Virus record (IMG/VR): IMGVR_UViG_3300022745_000628 | Coordinates: 64,001-128,000 of that record | Origin: a virus | Length of the DNA: 64,000 nucleotides | Strand: one strand, 5' to 3' | Part shown: piece after piece, positions 18,306 to 27,759 of the stretch | Layout: every line of letters starts with the position of its first letter | Numbering within the stretch: position 1 is the first letter of the stretch | Translations under genes and position numbers: made by a program | The notes under the pieces: generated by a model | What the model was told of the DNA's origin: nothing | What the model saw: only the letters and a program-made list of their open reading frames with translations | Databases searched by the model: none

Positions 18306-19805
18306 ATGCTTAAACTTATAGACCCAGCTTCATTTGATTTTGACGCACCAATATTTGAATTGGTGAAAGCCTCCAGCCGTGGACTGATTGGCTACGATCG
18401 CAGTGTGTTTGAAAAGCGCGCGTCGTCAGGTATTTTGTGCAATATCGACGATATGCTTAAACAAGCCAAATCAGATGAGCCGCTTGTACATATGTTGGCA
18501 ATGGGTTCTACAGAACACACCGGGCCTAATCGAAATGGTGATGGCTGGCGTACAGAAACTTTGCGCGCTACTCACCCTACATTCGTGAAGTTTGCCAGGC
18601 TGTACAGGAACCACAGTAATAAAAATCCGGAAAAGTCCTACGGTCGCATTATCAAATCTGCGTTTAACGAGACAAATCCGCGCGTGGAATTGATAGTTGC
18701 ACTCAATGGTAGTGACGCAGCTGCTCGCCGAAACGGCGGATTAGTTGCCGATAAAGAAATGCATAAGTTAGCGTCTGGTAAAGAGCTCGCCGTATCTATG
18801 GGCGCTACTTTACCATTTGACGTGTGCTCGTACTGCGGAAACAAATCTAAAACTCCAGCTGAGTATTGCCGTGGTACCCATGAGGGCGGCAATTGCGAAG
18901 CCGGCGGTTTGCAAACCAAAATGGGGGCACTTGTAAACATTAACGGTGATTTACATCATTTACATGCTGATAACCCAGCTCCCGGCCTCAAATTCTTCGA
19001 CATTTCGCACGTATTTCGCCCAGCCGATCGTATTGCATATGCGCTCGGGCAACTAACCAAATCCGCTGGCGATAACACTATGAGTAAATCGGCTGAAGCT
19101 GCGTTACTCGCTGGTATTACTATTCCAGAGTTAGTATACGAAGAAGATGTACAGAATTACGATACAAACGTACAACGGCTATTAAAGGTTGCGCAGACAC
19201 TTGCTAACTATGAACAAGAAATAGAAAGTGGCGAGAAGTTAGGCGACAGCTATTACTCAATGGCTTTTAGCAGCGAACTGTTTCCAGCAGATATGAGCGC
19301 TGCGCGAAGCGTACGTAACAAATTTTCTATGTTTTTAGGTGCGTTGGCGCGTAACAAAGTATGTCTTCCGGTAGAAGGCTTGATCAGCTTATGTACTGAC
19401 GAACCATTCGAGAAAACTGCTGCAACCGCTAAACTAGTAAAGGCCGTTTTGCCTGGGATTTTCACACAATTATTGCAAGACCCAGAGCTTCCGAGCTTAC
19501 TTAAAACTTCGTACTATCAGCCTGTAGTTCCGCATACTGTTGATAGTTCTTTTGTACAATATCATCCAATACTAGAAAATTTTTCTTTGTATAAAGGTGA
19601 TATCGAAAAACGTGCGACGCGTGCTTGTTTACAATTGATTGAGAATACCTTAGTTAAAGTCGGGAATCACCGCCCTACGGTAACTAACGGTAATCTGTTG
19701 AAACTTGCAAAAGAGTATGCGTTGTACAAACTGGCCTTCGTGGCCGCCGCGGACTGTGGACCAGCCGAAACACGTTTGGCAGTTTTACAAAACTACTGCA
19801 ATTAA
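18306..19805 (+). CDS. Prohead maturation protease (HK97/assemblin-type fold) with C-terminal extension
   Basis: NRNGDG, YRNH (putative catalytic His, about 18602-18613), VSMG (putative catalytic Ser, 18792-18803), CSYC..C motif; sits upstream of scaffold, decoration and capsid genes. Confidence 0.7.
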   Translation: MLKLIDPASFDFDAPIFELVKASSRGLIGYDRSVFEKRASSGILCNIDDMLKQAKSDEPLVHMLAMGSTEHTGPNRNGDGWRTETLRATHPTFVKFARLYRNHSNKNPEKSYGRIIKSAFNETNPRVELIVALNGSDAAARRNGGLVADKEMHKLASGKELAVSMGATLPFDVCSYCGNKSKTPAEYCRGTHEGGNCEAGGLQTKMGALVNINGDLHHLHADNPAPGLKFFDISHVFRPADRIAYALGQLTKSAGDNTMSKSAEAALLAGITIPELVYEEDVQNYDTNVQRLLKVAQTLANYEQEIESGEKLGDSYYSMAFSSELFPADMSAARSVRNKFSMFLGALARNKVCLPVEGLISLCTDEPFEKTAATAKLVKAVLPGIFTQLLQDPELPSLLKTSYYQPVVPHTVDSSFVQYHPILENFSLYKGDIEKRATRACLQLIENTLVKVGNHRPTVTNGNLLKLAKEYALYKLAFVAAADCGPAETRLAVLQNYCN

Positions 19806-19823
19806 CCAAGGACTTTGTTTACT

Positions 19824-21077
19824 ATGAAAAGTTTGTTCGAAGCAATGCGCGAACTGTCGAGTGGCGTAGAGACTGCAAACTCTGCGCAATACAAGCGGGC
19901 TGCCGAGGTCGGAAAGACCACGCACCCAGTTGATAAATTGGATGACGGCGGCAAGCCTGCAGTTGTTGGTGCGTTCGGAAACGAGCAAGCCGCGGATGTC
20001 AAGGCACAACAGCCACAACTCTTGGAAGGCCCCAACGATGTGACCTACAACCAAGAAGCGGCTGCTGATCAAACAAATATTAAGAAGACTGAGATTGGGA
20101 AGGATCCAGCCGTCGAACGTGATTACAAGACCACGTCCTACGACCCAGGCACTACACACCCAGCACGCGTCGACAAGAAAGCTTCCAGCAAGTACGCATC
20201 GGCTTCGCTTAGCGAATTGCTCGGCATGCATACCAAGATTGCTGATGCAATCATGGCTGATGTTGCAAACGGCCAGCCAGTTAAGACTGCGTCTGCACAA
20301 TCGTCCACACAACCAGCAGCTCTTGATATCGATAAACTAGTCAAAGAAGCAGCTGATCACCCAGAAAACCAACCTTTTAAGGAAGGTTACGAGTTGGCAG
20401 CTAAGCTTGGTTTCCAGGCAGCTGGCGCCGAAGCATGGGTTTCCGATTACGTCGAAAAGATTGCAGCTGAAGCAACGCTCGATGCAGACCTTGTAATTGG
20501 TTTGCTCGAAGGCATGGCGCACAAGGCGGCTAACGACAAGGATATGGCTGCCGAGTCTTTTTCTGAAGAAGGTGCGGAGCATGGTAGCCCCGCAGCACCC
20601 AAGCCTTCCGAAGATAAGCCAGTTGAGGGTGCAGCATCTCCAGCAGCTATCGCTCCTGAGTCCGTAGATCCAGCCAGTATGGGTGGTGACGGCGACGGAT
20701 CGGACATGAGTCAAGAAGAAGCCATTGCAGCGCTTGACAAAGCATTGCAAGACTTAGGCATTTCACCAGAAGAACTGGTGGAAGCGTTGCAGCACTCCGG
20801 ATCCACCGGCGGGGCACCTGAGGCAGGGATGCCTCCCGAGGCAGGGATGCCATCGGCAGGTGCTATGCCCGGCGCGGAGGCAGGGATGCCTCCCGCAGCT
20901 GGTGGAGCCGAAATGCCTATGGACCCAAGCGCAATGAAGTTGGGCCAAGATCTCCAAGCATTTCGACGCAAGAATCTGCTAGCTAAGCTTGCAGGCTCTC
21001 CGCAGCCGGAACTTTCGAAACGAGCGAAGGCTAACATCGCAAAGATGAAGTCTTACGTGTCTGAACTTTGCAAATAA
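19824..21077 (+). CDS. Putative capsid scaffolding protein
   Basis: Acidic, Ala/Pro-rich, low complexity, between protease and capsid genes; ATG at 19824 preferred over track TTG 19815; about 9 K-x-A motifs. Confidence 0.6.
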   Translation: MKSLFEAMRELSSGVETANSAQYKRAAEVGKTTHPVDKLDDGGKPAVVGAFGNEQAADVKAQQPQLLEGPNDVTYNQEAAADQTNIKKTEIGKDPAVERDYKTTSYDPGTTHPARVDKKASSKYASASLSELLGMHTKIADAIMADVANGQPVKTASAQSSTQPAALDIDKLVKEAADHPENQPFKEGYELAAKLGFQAAGAEAWVSDYVEKIAAEATLDADLVIGLLEGMAHKAANDKDMAAESFSEEGAEHGSPAAPKPSEDKPVEGAASPAAIAPESVDPASMGGDGDGSDMSQEEAIAALDKALQDLGISPEELVEALQHSGSTGGAPEAGMPPEAGMPSAGAMPGAEAGMPPAAGGAEMPMDPSAMKLGQDLQAFRRKNLLAKLAGSPQPELSKRAKANIAKMKSYVSELCK

Positions 21078-21092
21078 GGACTTAAAATCTCC

Positions 21093-21470
21093 ATGATTAC
21101 TGACGAAACACTCGCAAAGCTCTCGACACCTGAAAAGGTGTTGGAGCATTTGGAACTTAGCGACGTTGCCTTGCAAAAGGCGGCTGCTGCTGAGGAAGCA
21201 CAGAAGGTTGCCAGCGATGCTGTAAAGGCGTTGATCGGCCCAACAGTTCAAACAATGCTACAGTCCGGCGTTATTCGAAAGGATCAAGCTGAGAAGTCAG
21301 CCAGCATTCTTTTGAGCCATGCTGAATCATTGAAGTTGTTGGCGAAGGTTGCGCAGTTTGTAGCTAACCAGCCTTCTAACATCGGAAAACCTGCTGACGT
21401 TGCGAAGCACGCAAGTGCTGACGACTGGGCGGAACAAGACGCGCGATTTTTGGAAAAACTTCGCGGCTAA
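21093..21470 (+). CDS. Small helical head-module protein
   Basis: 125-aa ORF with 4 K-x-A motifs. Confidence 0.6.
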   Translation: MITDETLAKLSTPEKVLEHLELSDVALQKAAAAEEAQKVASDAVKALIGPTVQTMLQSGVIRKDQAEKSASILLSHAESLKLLAKVAQFVANQPSNIGKPADVAKHASADDWAEQDARFLEKLRG

Positions 21471-21494
21471 TCCTTTTTAACTTGAAAATCACAC

Positions 21495-21508
21495 GAGCAC
21501 GGAGGCTC
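21495..21508 (+). promoter_or_regulatory. RBS hairpin GAGC-ACGGAG-GCTC (CsrA/RsmE-consensus-like)
   Basis: Perfect 4-bp stem with ANGGAN hexaloop closed by C-G, 7 nt before ATG 21516. Confidence 0.55.
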
Positions 21509-21515
21509 AACGATA

Positions 21516-22079
21516 ATGACAGCACCATCGCAAATGTTCGAACACTTCCTTGACCCTTTGAAGGGTTGGTGGGATTGGGCGTGTTTGAATTTCGTGGCTA
21601 AGCAATCCGCAGACGTCGAATTCGACATTCCTGCTGGTCGCGTTGTTCACTTGAATTCTAGTGGCGAATTTGTTACCGGACAGTCGGGCGTTACGATGCC
21701 TATGTTCTTGTTCACCGGTAGCGCAGCTTTTGACGTGAATGTTCCAAGCGGAACGACCGCGGCAGGCACCTTTGTTAGCCAACCTATTCTTCCTTCGGGT
21801 GAGATGATGGCTTTGGTTGCAACTGGTGGCTACGAGTTGTCCAGCACCGAATATGACACGACAAAGACTTACGCAGTAAACGATCTTTTGACAGCTCACC
21901 CAGCGGACGATGATTCGGCAGTCGGCGGAGTCCTCACCAACGTCAAAGTTGGTGGCGGCGGAAGCACTACCTATATCGATCCAATCTGCGGCGTTGTTTC
22001 AAAGATCGGACAGCGAAACGAGTACAACGTGCGTGTATTGCACTTTTGGACCGTTTACTTGCCGGCATCGAACGATTAA
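21516..22079 (+). CDS. Putative capsid decoration/cement protein
   Basis: 187 aa, beta-rich (IPAGRVVHLN..G, YAVNDLLT..GVLT), directly upstream of the capsid gene. Confidence 0.6.
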   Translation: MTAPSQMFEHFLDPLKGWWDWACLNFVAKQSADVEFDIPAGRVVHLNSSGEFVTGQSGVTMPMFLFTGSAAFDVNVPSGTTAAGTFVSQPILPSGEMMALVATGGYELSSTEYDTTKTYAVNDLLTAHPADDDSAVGGVLTNVKVGGGGSTTYIDPICGVVSKIGQRNEYNVRVLHFWTVYLPASND

Positions 22080-22089
22080 TCCACAAAAC

Positions 22090-22127
22090 CAACCGCCGGC
22101 TAATAACCGGCGGTTGTTCTTGTTTTC
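22090..22127 (+). terminator. Strong hairpin with T-rich tail between decoration and capsid genes (terminator/attenuator or stabiliser)
   Basis: CAACCGCCGG-7 nt-CCGGCGGTTG then TTCTTGTTTTC. Confidence 0.5.
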
Positions 22128-22151
22128 AATTTCATCAAAAAACTGGCCCCG

Positions 22152-22186
22152 TCGGAAGGACTCCGATGGTCGCTTCACGGAGGAAG
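22152..22186 (+). promoter_or_regulatory. Tandem GGA-loop hairpins in capsid gene 5' UTR
   Basis: TCGGA-AGGAC-TCCGA (22152-22166) and CTTC-ACGGAG-GAAG (22173-22186). Confidence 0.55.
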
Positions 22187-22196
22187 AACTTAAAAC

Positions 22197-23123
22197 ATGG
22201 CTACACAAGAACAAATCGGTGTAATGAACCGCACGTTTCTTGATACGATCGAATCCGGTCAGTACAAGAAGGCCGCGGATGCCGTTACCGATTACACTCG
22301 AACGAAGTTGCGTGAAGAAGGATTCTTCCGCAAGATTATGCCACCGATCCAAGTAGACGACAGTCAACTTGATCGACAAGTTAGTGATCCACGACCTGTG
22401 ATCATCATCGACCGTCAGGCCGAAAGTGGTCCAGCCGTAACCATTCCTTTCGCGACGACCCCACGTAATATGTGGATCAAGGGACCGCGATACATGGTTG
22501 CTTTCAGCCGTATCATCACCCCACAGTTCCAAACAGATAAGGATTATCTGCGAACGTGGCATATGGACATCCGTCAATTGGTCTCCGACCAAGCGATCCG
22601 CGATATCGGTACTGAAGAAGATACCAAGTTTATTTCGGCTGTTAACTCGGTCATGGTCGGCGCAGATCAAGCGGTTCCAGCTAACAACAACGTTGTTCAG
22701 TGGAAGACGATTCCAGGCGGAATCACCCGCGACGCGATCAAGTCTGCTAAGGCAATCATGCGAAAGGGGCCTTCGAAGCTCTCCGCTGAAGTTGCTTTGG
22801 TTAACCACGTTACTATTCTCGAGTTCGAAGCGTTTGATCGTAACGAAATCGGTGGTGACTTGGCACAAGACATTTTCAAGAATGGCTTCGCCGAGAAAGA
22901 AATTTTCAACCTCAAGTTGTTCGCAACGATCAAGGACACGCTTGTTCCTGACGATTCGATGTACTTGTTTGCGGATCCAAAGTTCATTGGAAAACACTTC
23001 GTTCTCGAAGATGTTACCATGTACATGGAGAACAAGGCATTCATGCTTTCGTTCTTCGCATACCAAACTACTGGTGCTGCAATCGGGCACACCGGCGGCT
23101 TGGCTCGCGCTGACTTCGCATAA
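22197..23123 (+). CDS. Major capsid protein, compact HK97/encapsulin-like fold
   Basis: 308 aa; strong RBS and highly biased codons; position after protease/scaffold/decoration; RTKLREEGFFRKIMPP and SDQAIRDIGTEEDTKF pattern typical of HK97-type backbone. Confidence 0.8.
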   Translation: MATQEQIGVMNRTFLDTIESGQYKKAADAVTDYTRTKLREEGFFRKIMPPIQVDDSQLDRQVSDPRPVIIIDRQAESGPAVTIPFATTPRNMWIKGPRYMVAFSRIITPQFQTDKDYLRTWHMDIRQLVSDQAIRDIGTEEDTKFISAVNSVMVGADQAVPANNNVVQWKTIPGGITRDAIKSAKAIMRKGPSKLSAEVALVNHVTILEFEAFDRNEIGGDLAQDIFKNGFAEKEIFNLKLFATIKDTLVPDDSMYLFADPKFIGKHFVLEDVTMYMENKAFMLSFFAYQTTGAAIGHTGGLARADFA

Positions 23124-23142
23124 CCAGTAAGGAGCGTTTACC

Positions 23143-23469
23143 TTGTCGATTGATCACACTAAACTGGCGGAAGCTGCAGATACTCTGAACGCAGAGATCT
23201 ATTCGCCAGTTTTCTTCGAAAAGCTGGCTGCGGCCGGTATTGTTGTTGAAAATGCTGAAGAATCGATCGAGTTCCTAAAACTCGCTCAGAATCTTCGCGC
23301 TCAATACGATAACTCGCAGACTAAGGTTGCAACCGATCGCGTCGCGGCGTTGCGCCAAATTAATGCTGAGATCTCTGGTGAGAAAATTGCTAGCGCTAAC
23401 CCCGTAGTAGTTAATCCAGCGATCGCTCGCGCCGTGTTAAACCTATCGCTAGCTGAAGCTGGCGAATAA
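23143..23469 (+). CDS. Small K-x-A-rich head protein
   Basis: 108 aa (TTG start), 5 K-x-A motifs, AAGGAG RBS. Confidence 0.6.
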   Translation: MSIDHTKLAEAADTLNAEIYSPVFFEKLAAAGIVVENAEESIEFLKLAQNLRAQYDNSQTKVATDRVAALRQINAEISGEKIASANPVVVNPAIARAVLNLSLAEAGE

Positions 23470-23484
23470 TAAAGAAAGGATCTC

Positions 23485-23724
23485 ATGACAACCTTAGCTC
23501 AAAAAACGATGACGGTTGTTACCAATCCTACCGGTGGTACGATTACTTATTCGTTTTTGCCAAAGCACGGCATGACCTTGACGGCCGGCGAATCAGTTTC
23601 AATCCCAGGTGATTTGGTACAGACATTGGCCGCACTTCCTCGTCAACGTAAGTTTGACGCATTGAAGGCTGCCATCGTAGCCAACAAAATCACCTTGACT
23701 TCTCGACCTATCCTCAACGGTTAA
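23485..23724 (+). CDS. Small hypothetical virion protein
   Basis: 79 aa, AAGGA RBS, last gene before terminator. Confidence 0.6.
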   Translation: MTTLAQKTMTVVTNPTGGTITYSFLPKHGMTLTAGESVSIPGDLVQTLAALPRQRKFDALKAAIVANKITLTSRPILNG

Positions 23725-23766
23725 TAACCGTTGGCTGAGTTGAGTGTTCAAGTAACGTGTTAAAAT

Positions 23767-23795
23767 AAATAAGCCGGGGCAACCCGGCTTATTTT
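23767..23795 (+). terminator. Intrinsic terminator ending the capsid operon
   Basis: AAATAAGCCGGG-GCAA-CCCGGCTTATTTT. Confidence 0.8.
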
Positions 23796-23820
23796 GTTCT
23801 CCTGCCACGGGATCTACTAA

Positions 23821-24252
23821 ATGGAATTGCAATATAATTCGCAGACGCCGACAATCCAAAACCACGGTACTATTGCACCGCAGTGCGACTCTCACGGCAA
23901 TCTAAAGGTTTCGATAGAAGCTGGCGGTGGCGGCGGAGGTGGTGGCGGAGGTTCCTCGCTAGTAACATCTACCGGGTCTTGGGTCAACGCGACGCTGACA
24001 ACCAGCGGGGTAGATCAGAACGTGTTAGGGGCTAATTCCGATCGTATCGCCATTCAGATTATCAATCATTCCACGACGGCTACCATCTGGGCCTCGTTTC
24101 ACGGTACCGCTAACGCTTCGCAGCATAAATACATTGAATTGCTGCCTGGTGATATGTGGGAGAACCCGCCTAATTGGTGCCCAAGCGGGGCGCTGCACAT
24201 GGTAGCTGACGACGATAACGTTCCCTATGCCATTATCGAAGGTGTGCCTTAA
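23821..24252 (+). CDS. Hypothetical beta-sandwich virion protein
   Basis: 143 aa; poly-Gly linker then beta-strand-rich domain. Confidence 0.55.
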   Translation: MELQYNSQTPTIQNHGTIAPQCDSHGNLKVSIEAGGGGGGGGGGSSLVTSTGSWVNATLTTSGVDQNVLGANSDRIAIQIINHSTTATIWASFHGTANASQHKYIELLPGDMWENPPNWCPSGALHMVADDDNVPYAIIEGVP

Positions 24253-24288
24253 GAACTACTAGCTAACTAGCTCGCACCCAGCGTTATT

Positions 24289-24326
24289 AGCGCGTCCAGT
24301 TATAATCAAGCTAGGCGCGCTTTTTT
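24289..24326 (+). terminator. Intrinsic terminator
   Basis: AGCGCGTC...GGCGCGCT stem followed by T6. Confidence 0.6.
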
Positions 24327-24356
24327 GTTGTCACTATTAGTTAGTAAACACGCAAT

Positions 24357-27300
24357 ATGCCACTGTTCCACAAACCAGGTTTAAGCTTCTTAGTTCAGCA
24401 ATATCTGACGGAAGCCCAAAAATATCAAGCACGGCGGAACATATCCGTTCCGTGGGGCGGTGACGATGATAACGGCAACGCATTCCGAGTACGCAGCCCG
24501 TTTGAGACCGACGCGGCAGCTACGCTTAGTTTTGAATCGGCTATGGGGGATGATTACGCGTATCTATACGTAGATAGCGACGAGAAATTTAACTACGGCG
24601 CTGGAAATAGCAATACAAGTACAATCCATACCCAAGGCGTAGATTACTATCGTCGCCGAATCGTCACTGCGTCAATGGCTACGCTTATAGACGAGGCAGT
24701 GCACGACTACGGCTACACGCTGCAGCATTATTCGTCGGATTTCAATAATTACTACCGACATACTGTATCTGACGACGACGGACAGATCGGTTCATTTGTA
24801 CAGGACATAGATGCCGGGGTCTACACCTATCAGCAGGTGCGTCCGTATTACGAGCAGATTTTTTCGACAGACGGACTCGGTTACGCAGAGCTTTATGTTG
24901 AAGGTACCGACTACGCAATTGAATTAACCAGCTATGACGGCGCAAATTCCGGGTATCTCGGGCTATTCAGCCCTCAAATAAATTTGTCGCATGAATCCAA
25001 CAATGTTGAGCAAACTATCGAGTTGAGTGCGGCAGCTATAATGCTGGACCGGCAGTCTTACGATGACGGCAACAATAACCGCTCTACTATCACGTTAGGC
25101 CAAAACCAGAGCGCCCCGTGGGTAGGCACATTGCGACTGCAATCGTCGTACGACGGTGATTCCGCGATAGCCTGGGTAGATTTGCGCAGCCCAGACGATA
25201 TGACATTGACCATGTACGTGGCTGCCCAAGATAATGATTCATACGTAAAGACGTCGATGGATCCTTACGATCGCGTAGTCCGAACCAAGATAAATGCGCC
25301 CGGTAATTCGTACTATACGTTTACCGAACAGTACGAACAGGATCTACATCGCGCCATCTATTCTTCGGATCTAGATGATTTCTTGATGCTGGAAAATATG
25401 CAGCCATACGGCTATTTCCTAAATCATTGGGCACCTGACGGTTCTAGGTTTTATTGCCATACCGTTTCTGATGACGAGGGGTATATCAAATTAGATGTGC
25501 GCGATTACGTCGGTAACTATGAAGCCCATCACACGGTGTACCAGGGCTACCACACGTTGTACGCTAGCAACAGCATTGGCGAAGTAGTTGTCAACTTAGA
25601 CGGTTTTGACAAAGAGATCTATTTGCAAGCCAATGACAATCTCACAGCGTCGTATATCGATATCACCGCCAATACGGTGGCTATAGTTGAAGTGTTCAGT
25701 GGCGAATTTGCTGGTGTTAATGCGGAGATACGGGCTGATGCTGCAAAACTGTCATTGACTCGTGATACCGAGTACGCGTCTATCCTAAATAACAGCAAAA
25801 TAGAATTCAAGAAACTCGATGCATACGATATCGATACGATCGTACTTTCGACTTACTACCTAGATTCCGGAGAAGTGTCAGCGACTGCGAAACTGGATTT
25901 AGTAAATTCGGACGGCAATACTGAATTAATTACGCAGTACAGCGCGGATAATTCATACCAGCAATTGTTATTCAATCCGTATACCCCGTCAATTTTAGCG
26001 AGTGTGCGCGGCGCGGATTTCATAGATAGCATCACAGAGACCGCTGTAGGGTTTACATCATCGAAGCTGTACCTTTCCGATTCTACAGCTGCGTTAGAAT
26101 GGGCAAACAGCATAAATGGATTAGGCGCCGGAAACAATATTAAAAAGCATACGTTTGGCATAGACGCGGGTACGGCATCGCTGTATATGACGGACAACGA
26201 TGAGTTCGATGCCGGAAATATGACATATCGGCACGCTACTACGTGGGGCCATACCAGTTACAACCACGGAGTCTTTATGCTGCAGTCGAACGACTACGTG
26301 CAAGTAGACTGGGACGTGGCCGATAATCCGTATAGTTTAATGACAGTTAACAGCGAGGGCAATTGGACCAGTACGGCGTACACATATTCAAATGAATCGA
26401 TATTTCGAATCTACGATTGGTATAACGACGTCAACGTTATTGAGCAGTACATGAATCAGTATGGTTACTTCATTAACCATTACTCATCTGACGGCACACG
26501 GTACTATGGTTTTGAACTCAGTGATGATGACAGTCGAAATGCGCTCGTACTATATGCTTATGGAGCTGGCAATGAGCTAGTCCAGCATTGGGACCGTACG
26601 CTTGAGACAATCAACAATTCTGATGGCCACGGCACATCACAGGTAGTTATGACTCGTGGTACTGGCACAGACGGTGGGTATCTTCACCCAGTATTTGATG
26701 TAAATCTTACACAAACTTATGATGCTAATGCTTGGAACTTTCGATTTAACCTAGACCAAACACTTATTGGTTGGGTATTATCTAGCATACAAAATGTTAG
26801 TGGCGGACACTCAACATCCATCACACAACAATCGCTAGGTACAACTACTATTGAAAGTAGGCAGGATAAAGATTCCGCTAATATACGTTCATGGATTCGC
26901 AGTTCTAAAACAGCTGCATTTATGGAAACAACTAACGTATCGATTGGTACTGGACGGCTAGACTGTTCAGCTTCACAAGTAACTCAGCGATATACACCTG
27001 CATCTGGTCCAGTACAAACAACTGTACTAACTAAAAATGGATTTACTCCAAGTGCTGTGCGTTACGCTCCGACTGTAATTATATTTTCAGAAACCGAATG
27101 GACGGTTCCGCCGCAATACAGTGTTACGTGGGATACGCATACTTACGAGATATTTTGCGATGCTGGAGATCTAGAGATGTTGCTACCAGAGATTACCTCA
27201 GACCACTGGGGACATGAATTTGAGTTCTTTCTAATAGATAGCTCACATGTGTGCACACTTACTCCTTTTAGCGGGCAATTGATAAGCCAAAACCCTAATA

Positions 27301-27386
27301 AGGAATTGACAGATCAAGGCCAGTATGTGTCGATAAGAGCATGTTCTGATGGAAATTGGTATCTGACAGCATCACTCATTCCTTAA
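24357..27386 (+). CDS. Acidic Asp/Tyr-rich fibre/appendage protein A
   Basis: N-terminal LTEAQKYQARRNI fibre-type motif; repeated YGY.LxHYSSD module; paralogous to 27927-30368. Confidence 0.6.
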   Translation: MPLFHKPGLSFLVQQYLTEAQKYQARRNISVPWGGDDDNGNAFRVRSPFETDAAATLSFESAMGDDYAYLYVDSDEKFNYGAGNSNTSTIHTQGVDYYRRRIVTASMATLIDEAVHDYGYTLQHYSSDFNNYYRHTVSDDDGQIGSFVQDIDAGVYTYQQVRPYYEQIFSTDGLGYAELYVEGTDYAIELTSYDGANSGYLGLFSPQINLSHESNNVEQTIELSAAAIMLDRQSYDDGNNNRSTITLGQNQSAPWVGTLRLQSSYDGDSAIAWVDLRSPDDMTLTMYVAAQDNDSYVKTSMDPYDRVVRTKINAPGNSYYTFTEQYEQDLHRAIYSSDLDDFLMLENMQPYGYFLNHWAPDGSRFYCHTVSDDEGYIKLDVRDYVGNYEAHHTVYQGYHTLYASNSIGEVVVNLDGFDKEIYLQANDNLTASYIDITANTVAIVEVFSGEFAGVNAEIRADAAKLSLTRDTEYASILNNSKIEFKKLDAYDIDTIVLSTYYLDSGEVSATAKLDLVNSDGNTELITQYSADNSYQQLLFNPYTPSILASVRGADFIDSITETAVGFTSSKLYLSDSTAALEWANSINGLGAGNNIKKHTFGIDAGTASLYMTDNDEFDAGNMTYRHATTWGHTSYNHGVFMLQSNDYVQVDWDVADNPYSLMTVNSEGNWTSTAYTYSNESIFRIYDWYNDVNVIEQYMNQYGYFINHYSSDGTRYYGFELSDDDSRNALVLYAYGAGNELVQHWDRTLETINNSDGHGTSQVVMTRGTGTDGGYLHPVFDVNLTQTYDANAWNFRFNLDQTLIGWVLSSIQNVSGGHSTSITQQSLGTTTIESRQDKDSANIRSWIRSSKTAAFMETTNVSIGTGRLDCSASQVTQRYTPASGPVQTTVLTKNGFTPSAVRYAPTVIIFSETEWTVPPQYSVTWDTHTYEIFCDAGDLEMLLPEITSDHWGHEFEFFLIDSSHVCTLTPFSGQLISQNPNKELTDQGQYVSIRACSDGNWYLTASLIP

Positions 27387-27399
27387 CAGAAAGTCAAAC

Positions 27400-27759
27400 A
27401 TGAACATAACACCACCAAACCTCACCCAAGAAGAAAAGACCGCCATTACTGTGCGGAACTTAACTGCGCAGTTAAATCGTTCCAAAGACGATATCAAAGG
27501 AACTTTCATCGAGTCCTTCAAATCCTTTTGGTATACGGGACGACCAGGACAAGCCCCAGTCCTCAAGTCCAAAGAAGAAATCAATGCGATTCTCGAAGCT
27601 TTGGATGCTGTAACTCCTGGCCAATCCAAGATACCATTTGCTTGGGCATCTGTACTCCTAACAGCACTTGTAACCGCAGGTGTTGACATTGACCCAACCC
27701 AGTACCAACCACCTTACGAACTTGATGTAACCGATACTTCGATTCGTATTAAGGTGTAG
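27400..27759 (+). CDS. Small helical partner of fibre A (chaperone-like)
   Basis: Similar to 31221-31622 (VRNLT..L, FW..G, LDA.xPG). Confidence 0.55.
   Translation: MNITPPNLTQEEKTAITVRNLTAQLNRSKDDIKGTFIESFKSFWYTGRPGQAPVLKSKEEINAILEALDAVTPGQSKIPFAWASVLLTALVTAGVDIDPTQYQPPYELDVTDTSIRIKV

Noticed and set aside
21999-23090. 363-aa minus-strand ORF
   Set aside because: Exact antisense shadow of the codon-biased capsid gene; no RBS or protein-like motifs. The same applies to the other minus-strand track ORFs
24301-24306. TATAAT as a hairpin-loop promoter like N4 vRNAP promoters
   Set aside because: This and the TATAAA at 8346 lie in loops of ordinary U-tailed terminators; no shared loop sequence or conserved geometry
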